Shown one piece after another: positions 38,065 through 47,712 of a stretch of 64,000 bases of DNA (position 1 is its first letter; the number at the start of each line of letters is the position of its first letter). The notes beneath the pieces are model-generated. The model saw nothing but the letters and a program-made list of their open reading frames with translations, was not told the origin of the DNA and searched no databases. The position numbers were made by a program, and so were the translations under genes. The DNA is taken from positions 645,663 through 709,662 of the forward strand of contig CP011210.1 of the NCBI GenBank assembly GCA_001029675.1, read 5' to 3'. Origin of the DNA: Candidatus Beckwithbacteria bacterium GW2011_GWC1_49_16. GTDB taxonomy: Bacteria; Patescibacteriota; Microgenomatia; UBA1400; CG1-02-47-37.

Positions 38065-39728
38065 AACTGATAGACGCTGACTGCTGGATCAGTATAAACC
38101 GCGGGGTAGTTTTGGTCTATGGCTTCCAAAGTTGCTTTTAAAGGCAGGGCTTCGGGGTCGAGTTCAAAAAGCCGGTCCATTTCCAGCCTATGGACGATGA
38201 CCAAGTTGACGCCCCAGTTTTTTAAAGTGTTTAAGGCTAGCTCGGGTGCTTGGGTACGAAAGGCAGAAACCTCTAAAGTAAATGGCGGCGGTTCGAAGCC
38301 GGAGTAGCCGTTGACGAAACGGTGTTGACTGGCAAACAAAAAAGAATGGTAGTGGAGTCTTGATATCTCTAAATCTGCCAAAGGCATGACCCAGGTTTGC
38401 AGCGGCAGTTCGACGACCACGCTGGAGGATTGACCGGCCAGCCAGCGGTAGACCGGCGGGATTTGGCTGAAAGCGACTACGGGTTTGGTAAACAGCGGCA
38501 GGTTAATTTCTAAAATTACTGCCAAAATAACCACCAGGCTGACCAGCTTAATTTTTTTGAGAGGAATTTTTTGGGCCAGAAATAAACCGGAGAGCAAAGC
38601 CAAGCCGAAAAGAACCAAGTGGGACCAGCGTTGGGGAACACGCATGGATTTAAAACCGGGAACAAGGTAGTAAGCAAACCAGTAAGGCAAGGGTAAGGGT
38701 AAAGAAAGTTTTTGTTTGATCAGCTGAAAATAGGGGCCCAAGCTTAAAGTCAATCCGGCCACGCCTACCCAAAATGAGGCCAGAAAGGCTGGCTTTTTTT
38801 GGCGGTGAAAAAGGGCTGCCAGCCCTAAAAGAGTCACGGCTAAGCCGAGGTAGGCTGGCCAGGGGTTTTTAGAAACTAGTTTCTGGGCCAAAGGCTGAAG
38901 CCTGGAGGTGGCGGTGGGATAGAGGTACTCCAAAAAGTAAGCCGAGCCGGCAAAAGTATCTTTGAGGCTACGTTGGGCTTGAAACTGGTAAGAAACCTTA
39001 AAGTAAGGCAGAAAAAATAAAACCAAGGCTAACAGGCCAACGGCAAACCAACGAAGAAGTTTTTTAAGATCAACGGCTGACAACTTTTTTTTGAGATAAA
39101 AAATCAAAGTGAAAATGGCTAAGCTTAGAGCATAGGCGTAACCCAGAAAAACGGTGTTGAGGGTTTGCAAAATAAAGGCCAGCGCTACCAGGCCGAAGCG
39201 GCGGTTAAGAAAAAAATATAAACCTGCCGGGATAAAGTAGCTCGACAGCACCTGAAGGTGTTCCAGGGCGTCGAGGCGGCCGATGGAAAAAGCAAACAAA
39301 ACTCCTGAAGTAAGGGACGCCCAAAAATTCTTGGATAACTTAAAAATTACCAGGTAGGTAAAAAAGCCGTTTAAGATCAAGGCTAAAAGCAGGTTGACCG
39401 AATACGCCAAAAAGGGCTGATGAAAAATCAAAACCGCCGGCAGGGCGATGACTGCCGAGGTAATCAAGGGGTCGGAAAAAGCCAGGGTATTTTTAAAGGG
39501 GTAGTAGAAGGGAAGGTTAAAAAGTGCCGACGGGTTATGGGTTAAGGCGTAAATGTTCCCATTGATAATGTAGCTTAACAGGTATTCTTCTTTGCCGGCA
39601 ACGCTGACTTGGGCTGGTTTTAAAATTAAGGGAAAAGTGACTAAAAACGCCAACAGGATAAAAACCGCCAAAGCCGCCAGGTGCTTAGATTTCATAAATG
39701 GCAAAAACCGGCTTGGAGTCAAGGTCAA
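38061..39728 (-). CDS. Large polytopic membrane protein of unknown family (putative GT-C).
   Basis: It is 555 aa, with 12 or more TM segments and a soluble domain at the C-terminal end. Confidence 0.45.
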   Translation of the reverse strand: MTLTPSRFLPFMKSKHLAALAVFILLAFLVTFPLILKPAQVSVAGKEEYLLSYIINGNIYALTHNPSALFNLPFYYPFKNTLAFSDPLITSAVIALPAVLIFHQPFLAYSVNLLLALILNGFFTYLVIFKLSKNFWASLTSGVLFAFSIGRLDALEHLQVLSSYFIPAGLYFFLNRRFGLVALAFILQTLNTVFLGYAYALSLAIFTLIFYLKKKLSAVDLKKLLRWFAVGLLALVLFFLPYFKVSYQFQAQRSLKDTFAGSAYFLEYLYPTATSRLQPLAQKLVSKNPWPAYLGLAVTLLGLAALFHRQKKPAFLASFWVGVAGLTLSLGPYFQLIKQKLSLPLPLPYWFAYYLVPGFKSMRVPQRWSHLVLFGLALLSGLFLAQKIPLKKIKLVSLVVILAVILEINLPLFTKPVVAFSQIPPVYRWLAGQSSSVVVELPLQTWVMPLADLEISRLHYHSFLFASQHRFVNGYSGFEPPPFTLEVSAFRTQAPELALNTLKNWGVNLVIVHRLEMDRLFELDPEALPLKATLEAIDQNYPAVYTDPAVSVYQL

Positions 39729-41298
39729 AAATGGTAGTCAGCAGAGTGGCGGAGGCCGGAGCCGAATCTTTGCCGCCGACGACTATCAGGCTGCCGGTTG
39801 GCGGGTTTTCCGGCGGCGGGCCAAAGACAATCTTGCCAAAGTTAAGAAACTCGCCTTGGTCTTTGGCCGCCTGGTCGTTTTCGGCCTGGACTAATTGAGG
39901 ATCGGTCTTCGTGTAAAACCAGTAGTAGATCGAGGGGCGGCCGAGTTCTCTGGTAAAGTAAATGTGATCATAATCAACTTGTCTTGAAGAGACAAATTCA
40001 ACCGCTTGCCGGTAACCGTACTGCCACTGGTCGGAATAAAGCCGGGGGTAAACGGTGTGGCAAAGGTAAAGATAGCGGCCAAACTCGAGGATTAAAAAAA
40101 GCGTGGCCAAAGATGCCAACCAGCGGCGGTTTTTGAATAAGCTAACCACGCCGTAAGCCGAGAAAATTTGTAAAGGGATAAGCAGGGGCAGGCTGCGCAG
40201 GGCGTGGGGGGTGGCCAGGGTCAGCCCGGCCGGTACCGGGGCCAAAATAAGCCAAAGCGTCAGCAGCCAAAAAGCGCTTCGCTCGCGGCGGAAAAGCCAA
40301 GCGGCCCCCAAAAGAATCAGCGGTAATTGAATTAAATAAAGCCCTCCGACCAATTGAATCGAATGGCGGGGGTTGGTATCGCCGGATAAAAACAGAAATT
40401 CCCCGCTATAGTGGTCAGAGTAGTTTTTAAGAAAGATTTGGCCGTAGTGCCAAAAGCGGTGGTGAACTAATCTCGCGACCAGTCCTCCGCCGTCTTCGGC
40501 GATCAACTGGTTTGATTTTATAATCGGCGCGAGTGACGCAAAGGCGCTGGTTTGCTGGAAGCGGAGTTTGACTTGGGGGGAATTTAAGCGCAAGCTCACC
40601 GGCAAGACGATGAGGATAAAAAGACCAGCGGCGGCAAGAACGGCTTTTGGCTTTTTAACCAGACTAGTAAAAAACCACAGGCCCCAAACCAAACCCAAAA
40701 GAGGAATGAAAACCCGGTCGGCGTGATAAGCATAAAAACTCAGGCCCCAAGTCAAAACTGCCAGCCAAAGATAGCGGGCGTGACTAGTTCCTTTGAGAAA
40801 CAACCAGGCGCCCAAAACAACCAAAAACAACCCCAGGTTGGCTTCAAAGCCGGCCCGGGAGAGCTGAAGGTGCCAGGGAGAAGTTGCCAGCAGCAAGCTT
40901 GCCAGTAAGGCTACGAGTTTCGGGTTACGGGTAGCGAGAGGCGCAACACCACTCCGGGAGTGAAATAGTTCTTGGACCAGAAAGTAAATCAGTAAAACGG
41001 TTAAGGTGCCAAACAGGGCCGAGGGAGCACGGACGGCAAAAGCGTTTAAGCCGAAAAGGGCGACTGAAGGAACGGTGGTATAAAAGTAGAGGCTGGGTTT
41101 GTAGTCGCCGAACGATTCAAAGGCAACCAGCGGCAACCGGTTGCCGTGGAAGTCTTTGCCGGTTTTCAAGATCGAATAGGCGTCGTAGCCGATAGCAGCT
41201 TCTTCCCAATAGATAGAGGGCGGGTTTAAACCTAAGTGGTAAAAACGCAAACCGGCGGCCAAGAAAACAACCAGTGCCAGCCAAAAATATTTTTTCAT
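39685..41298 (-). CDS. ArnT/PMT-like GT-C glycosyltransferase.
   Basis: It has YWEEAAIGYDAYSI…GDYKPSLYFY and the ELFHSRSGVAPLATRNPKLV loop. Confidence 0.7.
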   Translation of the reverse strand: MKKYFWLALVVFLAAGLRFYHLGLNPPSIYWEEAAIGYDAYSILKTGKDFHGNRLPLVAFESFGDYKPSLYFYTTVPSVALFGLNAFAVRAPSALFGTLTVLLIYFLVQELFHSRSGVAPLATRNPKLVALLASLLLATSPWHLQLSRAGFEANLGLFLVVLGAWLFLKGTSHARYLWLAVLTWGLSFYAYHADRVFIPLLGLVWGLWFFTSLVKKPKAVLAAAGLFILIVLPVSLRLNSPQVKLRFQQTSAFASLAPIIKSNQLIAEDGGGLVARLVHHRFWHYGQIFLKNYSDHYSGEFLFLSGDTNPRHSIQLVGGLYLIQLPLILLGAAWLFRRERSAFWLLTLWLILAPVPAGLTLATPHALRSLPLLIPLQIFSAYGVVSLFKNRRWLASLATLFLILEFGRYLYLCHTVYPRLYSDQWQYGYRQAVEFVSSRQVDYDHIYFTRELGRPSIYYWFYTKTDPQLVQAENDQAAKDQGEFLNFGKIVFGPPPENPPTGSLIVVGGKDSAPASATLLTTIFDLDSKPVFAIYEI

Positions 41299-42497
41299 TT
41301 TTTAGCCGGGGCCAATTTATTAGGCAACTTGAAAGAGAGGTAAAGAAGAATAAACATAGGGATAAAACGCAATGAATAGGCAACAAACTTTAACGGTATG
41401 GGATCAAAAAGGATTTTTTGCTCGTCGAGCTTAATCCAGGGAGTGGTGTCGATGACCAAGAGCCAGAGGGATAACAGCATAAAGACGAGCTGCTTTTTAA
41501 CCGAGCCAAAAGGGAAAAGAATAATCAAGGGAATTAACCAGAGGTGAAACGGTTGGGAAAAAACCTTGCCGGTTAAAAAGATGGTCAAAATATAAATTAA
41601 AGACAACTTGAGGGCAAAGACTTCGGCTTGGGGCTTTTTTTTGAGAATGACCCAAAGGCCGTAGGCTAAAACCGCCGCGATGCTCAAAGGGAAAACCAGA
41701 CCGACAATTGACTCGGCGACGGTGGAGACAGGGCCAATCAGTTGAAAATCAGGCGCCTGGTTAAATCGAGTTTCAGTTTGGGTAAAGTAATTAATGGTTT
41801 CGACGATAAAAGAGGGAAAGGAAGCGTATTTTAAACCTCTTTGGGCATGAAAGACAAACATAACGCTAAGCGAGGTCCTAAAAATTGCCAAGGGTAACCC
41901 CCAAACTATTAAAAAACCTAAGGCGGCGGCTTTGAGTTCTTTGAACCAGGGTCTCTTGGCTAAAAAGAAAAACGGCAAAGCCAAAGGCGCGGTCATGAAC
42001 TTGATGGCAGTTGACAGCCAAAAGAAAATCCAGAAGAAAAGACGCCTGGGCCACGAAACCAAAGCGATAGTTAAAGAACCGATGAAGGCCCAGTCGATGC
42101 CGTCGTAGAAAAAGTCTTTGGCGACCATGGGAGCGACAAGGTAAAAAGCCAAAGCCAGTTTTTTGGACAGGGCCGGGGTTTTAAGTTTGTTTAGAGTTTT
42201 GAGAATAAACAGAAAAATAATCAGGTCAAAGGCAAAGGTTTGCGCCCGGTAGTTTTCATAGTAGTGACCGATGCCAGCCCGGTTGAGAATTTCGGGCAAG
42301 TAAAGAATGGGAATCGTGGCTGGCGGGTACTCATAGAAATGCTTTAAGTAGGGGGTCAATCCGTCCTGCCACATGGCGGCGTAACGGCGGTAGTCGTGGA
42401 AAACGTCGGAATATAAAGGCGGCGGGAAACGCAAAATGTAAACCCGGCTAAGCAAAAAACCCACTAAAGCCAACCAAAACCAGCGCCTGCCTTTCAT
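41295..42497 (-). CDS. Polytopic membrane protein, putative GT-C/DUF2029-like.
   Basis: It is 400 aa and hydrophobic. Its architecture parallels 35163..36341. Confidence 0.45.
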   Translation of the reverse strand: MKGRRWFWLALVGFLLSRVYILRFPPPLYSDVFHDYRRYAAMWQDGLTPYLKHFYEYPPATIPILYLPEILNRAGIGHYYENYRAQTFAFDLIIFLFILKTLNKLKTPALSKKLALAFYLVAPMVAKDFFYDGIDWAFIGSLTIALVSWPRRLFFWIFFWLSTAIKFMTAPLALPFFFLAKRPWFKELKAAALGFLIVWGLPLAIFRTSLSVMFVFHAQRGLKYASFPSFIVETINYFTQTETRFNQAPDFQLIGPVSTVAESIVGLVFPLSIAAVLAYGLWVILKKKPQAEVFALKLSLIYILTIFLTGKVFSQPFHLWLIPLIILFPFGSVKKQLVFMLLSLWLLVIDTTPWIKLDEQKILFDPIPLKFVAYSLRFIPMFILLYLSFKLPNKLAPAKK

Positions 42498-42506
42498 AGC
42501 TTTATT

Positions 42507-44072
42507 TTATGGTTTGGGGGCTATCTTGGCAAGGCGAAAGGCGGGCTGGCCGTCGGGGAAGTTGACGGTGGCTACCAGCCCCGGGGCGGCGGCGGGGATT
42601 TCGGCGGGGCTGCCGACTAATAAAATGCTGGTAAGCTGACGGCCGTCTTCGATAATGCCTTGGCGGTCGCTGTCCCAGTTGATAGCCCGAAACAAATACT
42701 TACTCATGGCGCCCCAAAAAACCGCTTGGGGGTCACGCTGTTGGTAAAAGTAGGTAAAGACGTGGGGTTGCTGGTAGAAACTGGTAATGATAATTTTGTC
42801 GACTTGGTCTTCATAAGTTTCGGCCAGGGTGACGGCCTCACGGTAACCATACTGGAAGTCGGGGGCGGAATAAACCGGGTAGGCGGTAAAGTAGCGGTAG
42901 CTAAAAAAGGCGGCGTTGACCAATAATGCCAAAGCGGCTAAGATTTCGAGCTTAACCTTTTTAACTTGGACCAACCCTAAGGCGGTGACGATGGTGAGGA
43001 CGGGTAAAAGCTGAAAGGCCCTGATAGGATGCGGGGCTTCAAAACCGATGGCGGCCGGCAGGGGGCCGACGAAAAGCCATAAAAGCAAAACCTTGGCCCA
43101 AGTTTTTCGGCGCTGCCCAAAGACCTGCCACAGACCCCAAAGCAAAAACGGGGCTTGAATAATCAAAAGCGGGCCGACTTTTTCCATCTGGACCCGGGGA
43201 ATGTCGTCTCCGCCGGAGAAAAGAAAACCTGGGGAAAAATGAACCAGATAGTTTTTGGCCATCTCCCCTACCAGGGAAAAACTTAGAGGCTTTGACTCCC
43301 CTTCCCCGGTGTAGAAAATCGAGGTGCCCTGAAACCTGGCACCGCTTTGGCTGGTTAATAAATCTTTGGCCAAAGGCATGAGTAAAAGCAGACCCAGAAT
43401 GGTGGCAACAATACTCCAAGTTTTAATTTTCCGGTTAAAAAGTTGATGGCGGAAAATCAACCCCAGGCCCAACAAAAATGGCGGCAAAAAGATTTTAGGG
43501 CTATGGTAGGAGTAAAAGGCAGCGGCAAAAAAGACAGCCGACAAGAGCAAAAACTTTCCCTTTCTTGTCCCTTTTAAAAATAGCCAGGTGCCGGCCAGGA
43601 TAAAAAACAAAGCTAGGTTAGGCTCAAAAGCGGGGCGGGACATTAACAGGTGCCAGGGAGTAACGGCCAGGAGCAGCGCTGATATCAAGGCTACGAGTTT
43701 CGAGTTTCGAGTGACGGGATTTTTTTTGAACAACTCTTGGGCGATAAAGTAAATCAGAGCGACGCTGAAGCTGCCGGCAAGAGCGGAAAGGAGGCGGACG
43801 GAAAAGGCATTCATGCCCAAAAGCCCGACGACGGGGGCGGTGAGGTAAATGTAAGCCGGGGCTTTAAAGTCGCCGAAAGACTTAAAGCTTAGGGGCAGCA
43901 AGGTACCGTATTCGTCGCGCCGGGTGTGCCAAATGGTTTTGGCGTTCCAGCCGATGGCGACTTCGTCCCAGTCGAGTGAGGCGGGTACTTGGTTTAAAGC
44001 TACCAAACGTAAAGCCGCAGCCAAAAAAACAACGGCGATGAGTAAACGGTGTTGTTTAAGTTTGATCCACAT
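42507..44072 (-). CDS. ArnT/PMT-like GT-C glycosyltransferase.
   Basis: It has LDWDEVAIGWNAKTI…GDFKAPAYIY and the ELFKKNPVTRNSKLV loop. Confidence 0.7.
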   Translation of the reverse strand: MWIKLKQHRLLIAVVFLAAALRLVALNQVPASLDWDEVAIGWNAKTIWHTRRDEYGTLLPLSFKSFGDFKAPAYIYLTAPVVGLLGMNAFSVRLLSALAGSFSVALIYFIAQELFKKNPVTRNSKLVALISALLLAVTPWHLLMSRPAFEPNLALFFILAGTWLFLKGTRKGKFLLLSAVFFAAAFYSYHSPKIFLPPFLLGLGLIFRHQLFNRKIKTWSIVATILGLLLLMPLAKDLLTSQSGARFQGTSIFYTGEGESKPLSFSLVGEMAKNYLVHFSPGFLFSGGDDIPRVQMEKVGPLLIIQAPFLLWGLWQVFGQRRKTWAKVLLLWLFVGPLPAAIGFEAPHPIRAFQLLPVLTIVTALGLVQVKKVKLEILAALALLVNAAFFSYRYFTAYPVYSAPDFQYGYREAVTLAETYEDQVDKIIITSFYQQPHVFTYFYQQRDPQAVFWGAMSKYLFRAINWDSDRQGIIEDGRQLTSILLVGSPAEIPAAAPGLVATVNFPDGQPAFRLAKIAPKP

Positions 44073-44814
44073 ACCTGCCGAGCCTAGCTGCTAGTTTAAA
44101 ACAAATGATTACCGGTTCAAAAAAATCTTTCCAGGAAAGCTTGGAGGCGCCATACCTGCGGTCTTTGAAAACGATGGGGATTTCTTTGACCCGGTAGCCG
44201 GCCTTTAACACCCTAAAGATCGACTCCATGGAAATAGCCAGCCCCTTTTGAGAGAAAAGCTTTTGGGGCTCGATGGCTTTGAGGGCCTGTCTCTTGTAAG
44301 CTTTAAAGCCCGAGCCCATGTCGGTGAGGTTGATGCCCAGAATGGCCCGGAAGACCACTCCCGAAAGGCGGCTAACCAGGGTACGAAAGGCAGAACGCTC
44401 TGAGTCGCTGCCTCCGGGCAGGAAACGCGAGCCCAAGACCACGTCGACTTTAGGGTCGGCTAAATTTTTAAGCATCGGCCTCAAGTATTTAGGATCATGG
44501 GAAAAATCGGCGTCCATCTCGATGACCACGTCGGCATTTTTATTAAGACAAAACAAGAAAGCGTCTTTGCCGGCAAGAGCTCGACTGGCGGGGGGTTGGC
44601 GATGAAGCACTTCTACCCTGCCGGGGTGATTCTTGGCTAGCTTGTCGGCGATGATTTCGGTACGATCGGTTGACTGATCAACAATTAAGGCAATGTGAAG
44701 CCGAGGAATTTTTAAGCTTAGTATGGCCTTGACAATAGGGGTAAGATTTTCCTCTTCATTAAGACAGGGTAAAAAGACCCAAATGTTTTTAAAAGGTAAT
44801 TTTGCCATTTTCAA
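44056..44814 (-). CDS. GT2 Dpm1-like polyprenyl-phosphate glycosyltransferase.
   Basis: It has the IWVFLPCLNEEEN, IVDQSTDRT and EMDADFSHDP motifs. Confidence 0.8.
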   Translation of the reverse strand: MKMAKLPFKNIWVFLPCLNEEENLTPIVKAILSLKIPRLHIALIVDQSTDRTEIIADKLAKNHPGRVEVLHRQPPASRALAGKDAFLFCLNKNADVVIEMDADFSHDPKYLRPMLKNLADPKVDVVLGSRFLPGGSDSERSAFRTLVSRLSGVVFRAILGINLTDMGSGFKAYKRQALKAIEPQKLFSQKGLAISMESIFRVLKAGYRVKEIPIVFKDRRYGASKLSWKDFFEPVIICFKLAARLGRYVDQT

Positions 44815-45505
44815 AGTCCTTTTTGACCCGGGCTAACCTTTGGGGCGTGCCCATATCTTTAGAGTAGCAGTCGGAGTAATAAGCGCAAAGCTTTTCACCT
44901 TGGTCAAGTAAGTTAGGAATGAGTTGCTTTTCCAAGGAATATTTTGTATTTTCCGGAATAAAGTCTAGAACTTTAGGTTCGAAAATATGACTACCGGATT
45001 TAGAGATAGGTTTAAATTTGTCCCCAGGCTGGGGTCGGAAAAAGCGTTTGATAAGATAATTATTGTCGTACTCGATCAGATCGGAATCTAAAGGATGATC
45101 GGTTTTATGAACTAAAAACGTCCCCAATCCCCTTTTGAGGCGGTGGAACTTAGCCATGGCGTTAAGGTTGAGATTGGTCAAAACGTCACCGTTAAGAACA
45201 AAAAAACTATCCTTTCTCAAAAGTTTTTCAGTGTGTTTTAAAGCGCCGGCACCGCCAAGAGGTTTTTCCTCTATAGAATAGCTAATGTCGGCGTTAAACC
45301 TTTGTCCGGATTTAAAATAGTCGGTAACTACTTTTGGCAAGTAATGGAGGCTGATGATAATTTGCTTAAAATCATGTTTGACGCAAAGGTTGACCAAGTG
45401 CTCTAATATCGGCTTAGCTCCAATCTTAATCATCACTTTGGGTTGGTGTAGGGTTTGTGGTTTTAGTCTAGTTCCTAGACCGCCGGCTAAAATAACTACT
45501 TTCAT
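44789..45505 (-). CDS. Sugar-1-phosphate nucleotidyltransferase (HddC/GMPP-like).
   Basis: It has the MKVVILAGGLGTRL G-loop. Confidence 0.75.
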   Translation of the reverse strand: MKVVILAGGLGTRLKPQTLHQPKVMIKIGAKPILEHLVNLCVKHDFKQIIISLHYLPKVVTDYFKSGQRFNADISYSIEEKPLGGAGALKHTEKLLRKDSFFVLNGDVLTNLNLNAMAKFHRLKRGLGTFLVHKTDHPLDSDLIEYDNNYLIKRFFRPQPGDKFKPISKSGSHIFEPKVLDFIPENTKYSLEKQLIPNLLDQGEKLCAYYSDCYSKDMGTPQRLARVKKDFENGKITF

Positions 45506-46104
45506 AAAGATAAAATCCAGTTTACAGCGGTTAAAATATTTTGACTGATTTTATCTGGTGTGGCTTGGTAAAGAGAATCTTTGCCGGCGTGGCCGGTTTT
45601 CACCAAGATGGTGGTAGCTCCGACATTTTTACCGGCCAAAATGTCTCGAGCAGAATCTCCGATGATAAATGATTTTTTAAGGTCTAGTCTAAATTTTTTA
45701 GCAGCGGCGGTAAGCATGCCTGTTCCGGGTTTTCTCCAAGGGCAATCTTTAACCATTCTGGGGTTGAAGGCTTGGCGATGGTGAGGACAGTAAAAGATAG
45801 CGTCGATATTGGCGCCGCGTTGCTTAAGTTTTTTGACCATGTGCTGATTTAATTTTTCCAGTTGGTCGATTTGGCAGAGATTTCTGGCCACGACGGCGGC
45901 GTTGTGAACCACGATGACCGGGGTCTCCGCCCGATTGAGTTTTTTAATCGCTTGTAATGCTTGGGGGATAACCTGCCAGTCTTTGAGTTTAAACAGTAAG
46001 TGTTTTTCTTGATTAATTACCCCGTCGCGGTCTAAAAAGACGGCCCAGTTTTTTTGAGGCTTAAACCCAGGGCGGATATAGACAGAGTGGCCTTCAAGTT
46101 GCAT
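45502..46104 (-). CDS. gmhB: HAD-family D-glycero-D-manno-heptose-1,7-bisphosphate phosphatase (GmhB-like).
   Basis: It has FLDRDGVIN (HAD motif I) and IGDSARD (motif IV). Its size fits GmhB. Confidence 0.65.
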   Translation of the reverse strand: MQLEGHSVYIRPGFKPQKNWAVFLDRDGVINQEKHLLFKLKDWQVIPQALQAIKKLNRAETPVIVVHNAAVVARNLCQIDQLEKLNQHMVKKLKQRGANIDAIFYCPHHRQAFNPRMVKDCPWRKPGTGMLTAAAKKFRLDLKKSFIIGDSARDILAGKNVGATTILVKTGHAGKDSLYQATPDKISQNILTAVNWILSL

Positions 46105-47104
46105 CGGTTTTTGCTCCGGTAAAATCGTAGTTAAACTTAATCTCTTTGGCTCCGGCGCGGGTCAGGGCTTTGACGGTGGTTGATTTTTTTTGGGGCGGAA
46201 GAAGAAAAAACATATGGCCGGCGCCGCCCGAACCTGACAGTTTACCACCCCAAGCGCCGTGGGCTTGAGCCAGCGAGTAAATTTTGTCAATGGCAGCGGT
46301 GGTAACGGCCGGGTTAGTCTTCTTTTTATCTTTCCAGCCCTGGTGGAGAATTTTACCTAAAAGGGGCCAGTGTTTATTTTTTAACGCTTGGGCGGCAGGG
46401 GCAACGGCGGCCTTTAAGCCAAAAAGGGCCTTGAGTTTGGCTTGGTCGGACATGCCGGCGATAAGTTTTTTTTGCTGGTCGGCGGAGTGGCGGCTGCCGC
46501 CGACAAAGACCATAATGGTTCTTTTTTTAAGATCGCTAATGGTCGTTTGAGAAAGTTTTAAAGGGCTGACTTGAGTTTTTTCTCCAGGACCAAAGCTCAT
46601 TAGGTTGACGCCGCCGAAAGCGGCGGCCAGTGAATCTTGTTTACCTCCAGGCCAGCCCAACTTTTTGGTTTCTAGATTAGCGGCTAGAAGCCCAAGCTGT
46701 TTTGGAGAAGATGGCTTTTTAAACCAAGCTTCAAAAGCGGCAATCATGGCTACGGCAGCCGAGCCGGATCGGCCCAAGCCTAATAGGCTATCTTGAGTTT
46801 GGGTCAATTTAAGGTCAAAACCAGAAGGTAAATGGCGCTTGAAGTGGTTAATGACGGCATAAACTAGATCGAAATTTTTGTCTTGGCCATAGGCGGGAAT
46901 ATGGTTAACGGAAGTCAGGTGCCTTTTTTCTCCTAAAGCCGAAAGGGTAATAGACGGGGATTTTTTAGGAGTAAGCTCTGCTTGGTTGTAAAGAGAAATA
47001 GCCAGGTTTAAAACTTTGCCGCCAAACTTTTTGGCAAAGGGGTCAACGTCGGTACCGCCGCCGATGAGGCTAATACGGCAAGGGGCGCGGGAAACAAATT
47101 TCAT
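46094..47104 (-). CDS. GHMP-family sugar kinase, probably D-glycero-D-manno-heptose 7-phosphate kinase (HddA-like).
   Basis: It has the N-terminal RISLIGGGTDV and a GLGRSGSAAVA GHMP motif. It sits between the GmhB and GmhA genes. Confidence 0.65.
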   Translation of the reverse strand: MKFVSRAPCRISLIGGGTDVDPFAKKFGGKVLNLAISLYNQAELTPKKSPSITLSALGEKRHLTSVNHIPAYGQDKNFDLVYAVINHFKRHLPSGFDLKLTQTQDSLLGLGRSGSAAVAMIAAFEAWFKKPSSPKQLGLLAANLETKKLGWPGGKQDSLAAAFGGVNLMSFGPGEKTQVSPLKLSQTTISDLKKRTIMVFVGGSRHSADQQKKLIAGMSDQAKLKALFGLKAAVAPAAQALKNKHWPLLGKILHQGWKDKKKTNPAVTTAAIDKIYSLAQAHGAWGGKLSGSGGAGHMFFLLPPQKKSTTVKALTRAGAKEIKFNYDFTGAKTDAT

Positions 47105-47709
47105 TTGCCGAAAAGAATTTGCTCCATGACGTCACACATGGAGTGAAAGGCGGCGACATGGCCTTGCTGAATGATGCCGACGTCGGTAGCCGGGATGTTG
47201 ATGACGATGTCGGCAAGTTTGGCAATCTTGCCGCCGGATTTATCCCGGCTTTGGCCGGTAAAGGCGATGGATTTGATACCGCGACTTTTGGTCAACTCGA
47301 AGGCTTTGACGACATTTAATGAGTTACCGGAGGTAGACAGACCGATAAGCAGGTCTTTGGTTTGAGCTAGAGCCTCAAGCTGACGGGAAAAAACAAAGTC
47401 ATAACCTATGTCGTTGGCGATGGCGGTAATCACCGAGCTGTCTGTAGTTAAAGCGTGGGCTGACAGGGGGAAGCGATACTCAAAGTTGTGGTTGGAGCGA
47501 AGCATACACATTAACTCGTCGGCGATGTGCTGGGCGTCGGCGGCAGAGCCACCATTGCCGCAGGTAAAGACGGTACCGCCTTTTTTAAAGTAGGTTTCGA
47601 CTAAAACTTGGGCCGCTTGGTCGATTGATTGCCAGCAAGAGTCGGTCATTTTTTGATAAGCTTTAACGCTTAATTTCAGGTGGTTTTGGATTCTGGTTTT
47701 AGGATTCAT
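47101..47709 (-). CDS. gmhA: Sedoheptulose-7-phosphate isomerase (SIS domain).
   Basis: It has CGNGGSAADAQH, GLSTSGNS and the QQGHV C-terminal motif. Confidence 0.8.
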   Translation of the reverse strand: MNPKTRIQNHLKLSVKAYQKMTDSCWQSIDQAAQVLVETYFKKGGTVFTCGNGGSAADAQHIADELMCMLRSNHNFEYRFPLSAHALTTDSSVITAIANDIGYDFVFSRQLEALAQTKDLLIGLSTSGNSLNVVKAFELTKSRGIKSIAFTGQSRDKSGGKIAKLADIVINIPATDVGIIQQGHVAAFHSMCDVMEQILFGK

Positions 47710-47712
47710 AGT

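Noticed and set aside
30557-44072. Diversity-generating retroelement (template/variable repeat pairs), given the near-identical nucleotide blocks in the paralogous membrane genes.
   Set aside because: There is no reverse transcriptase or accessory gene in the window. The differences between copies are not adenine-specific. The blocks are in-frame conserved coding sequence of paralogs. Gene conversion or a shared cassette explains them better.
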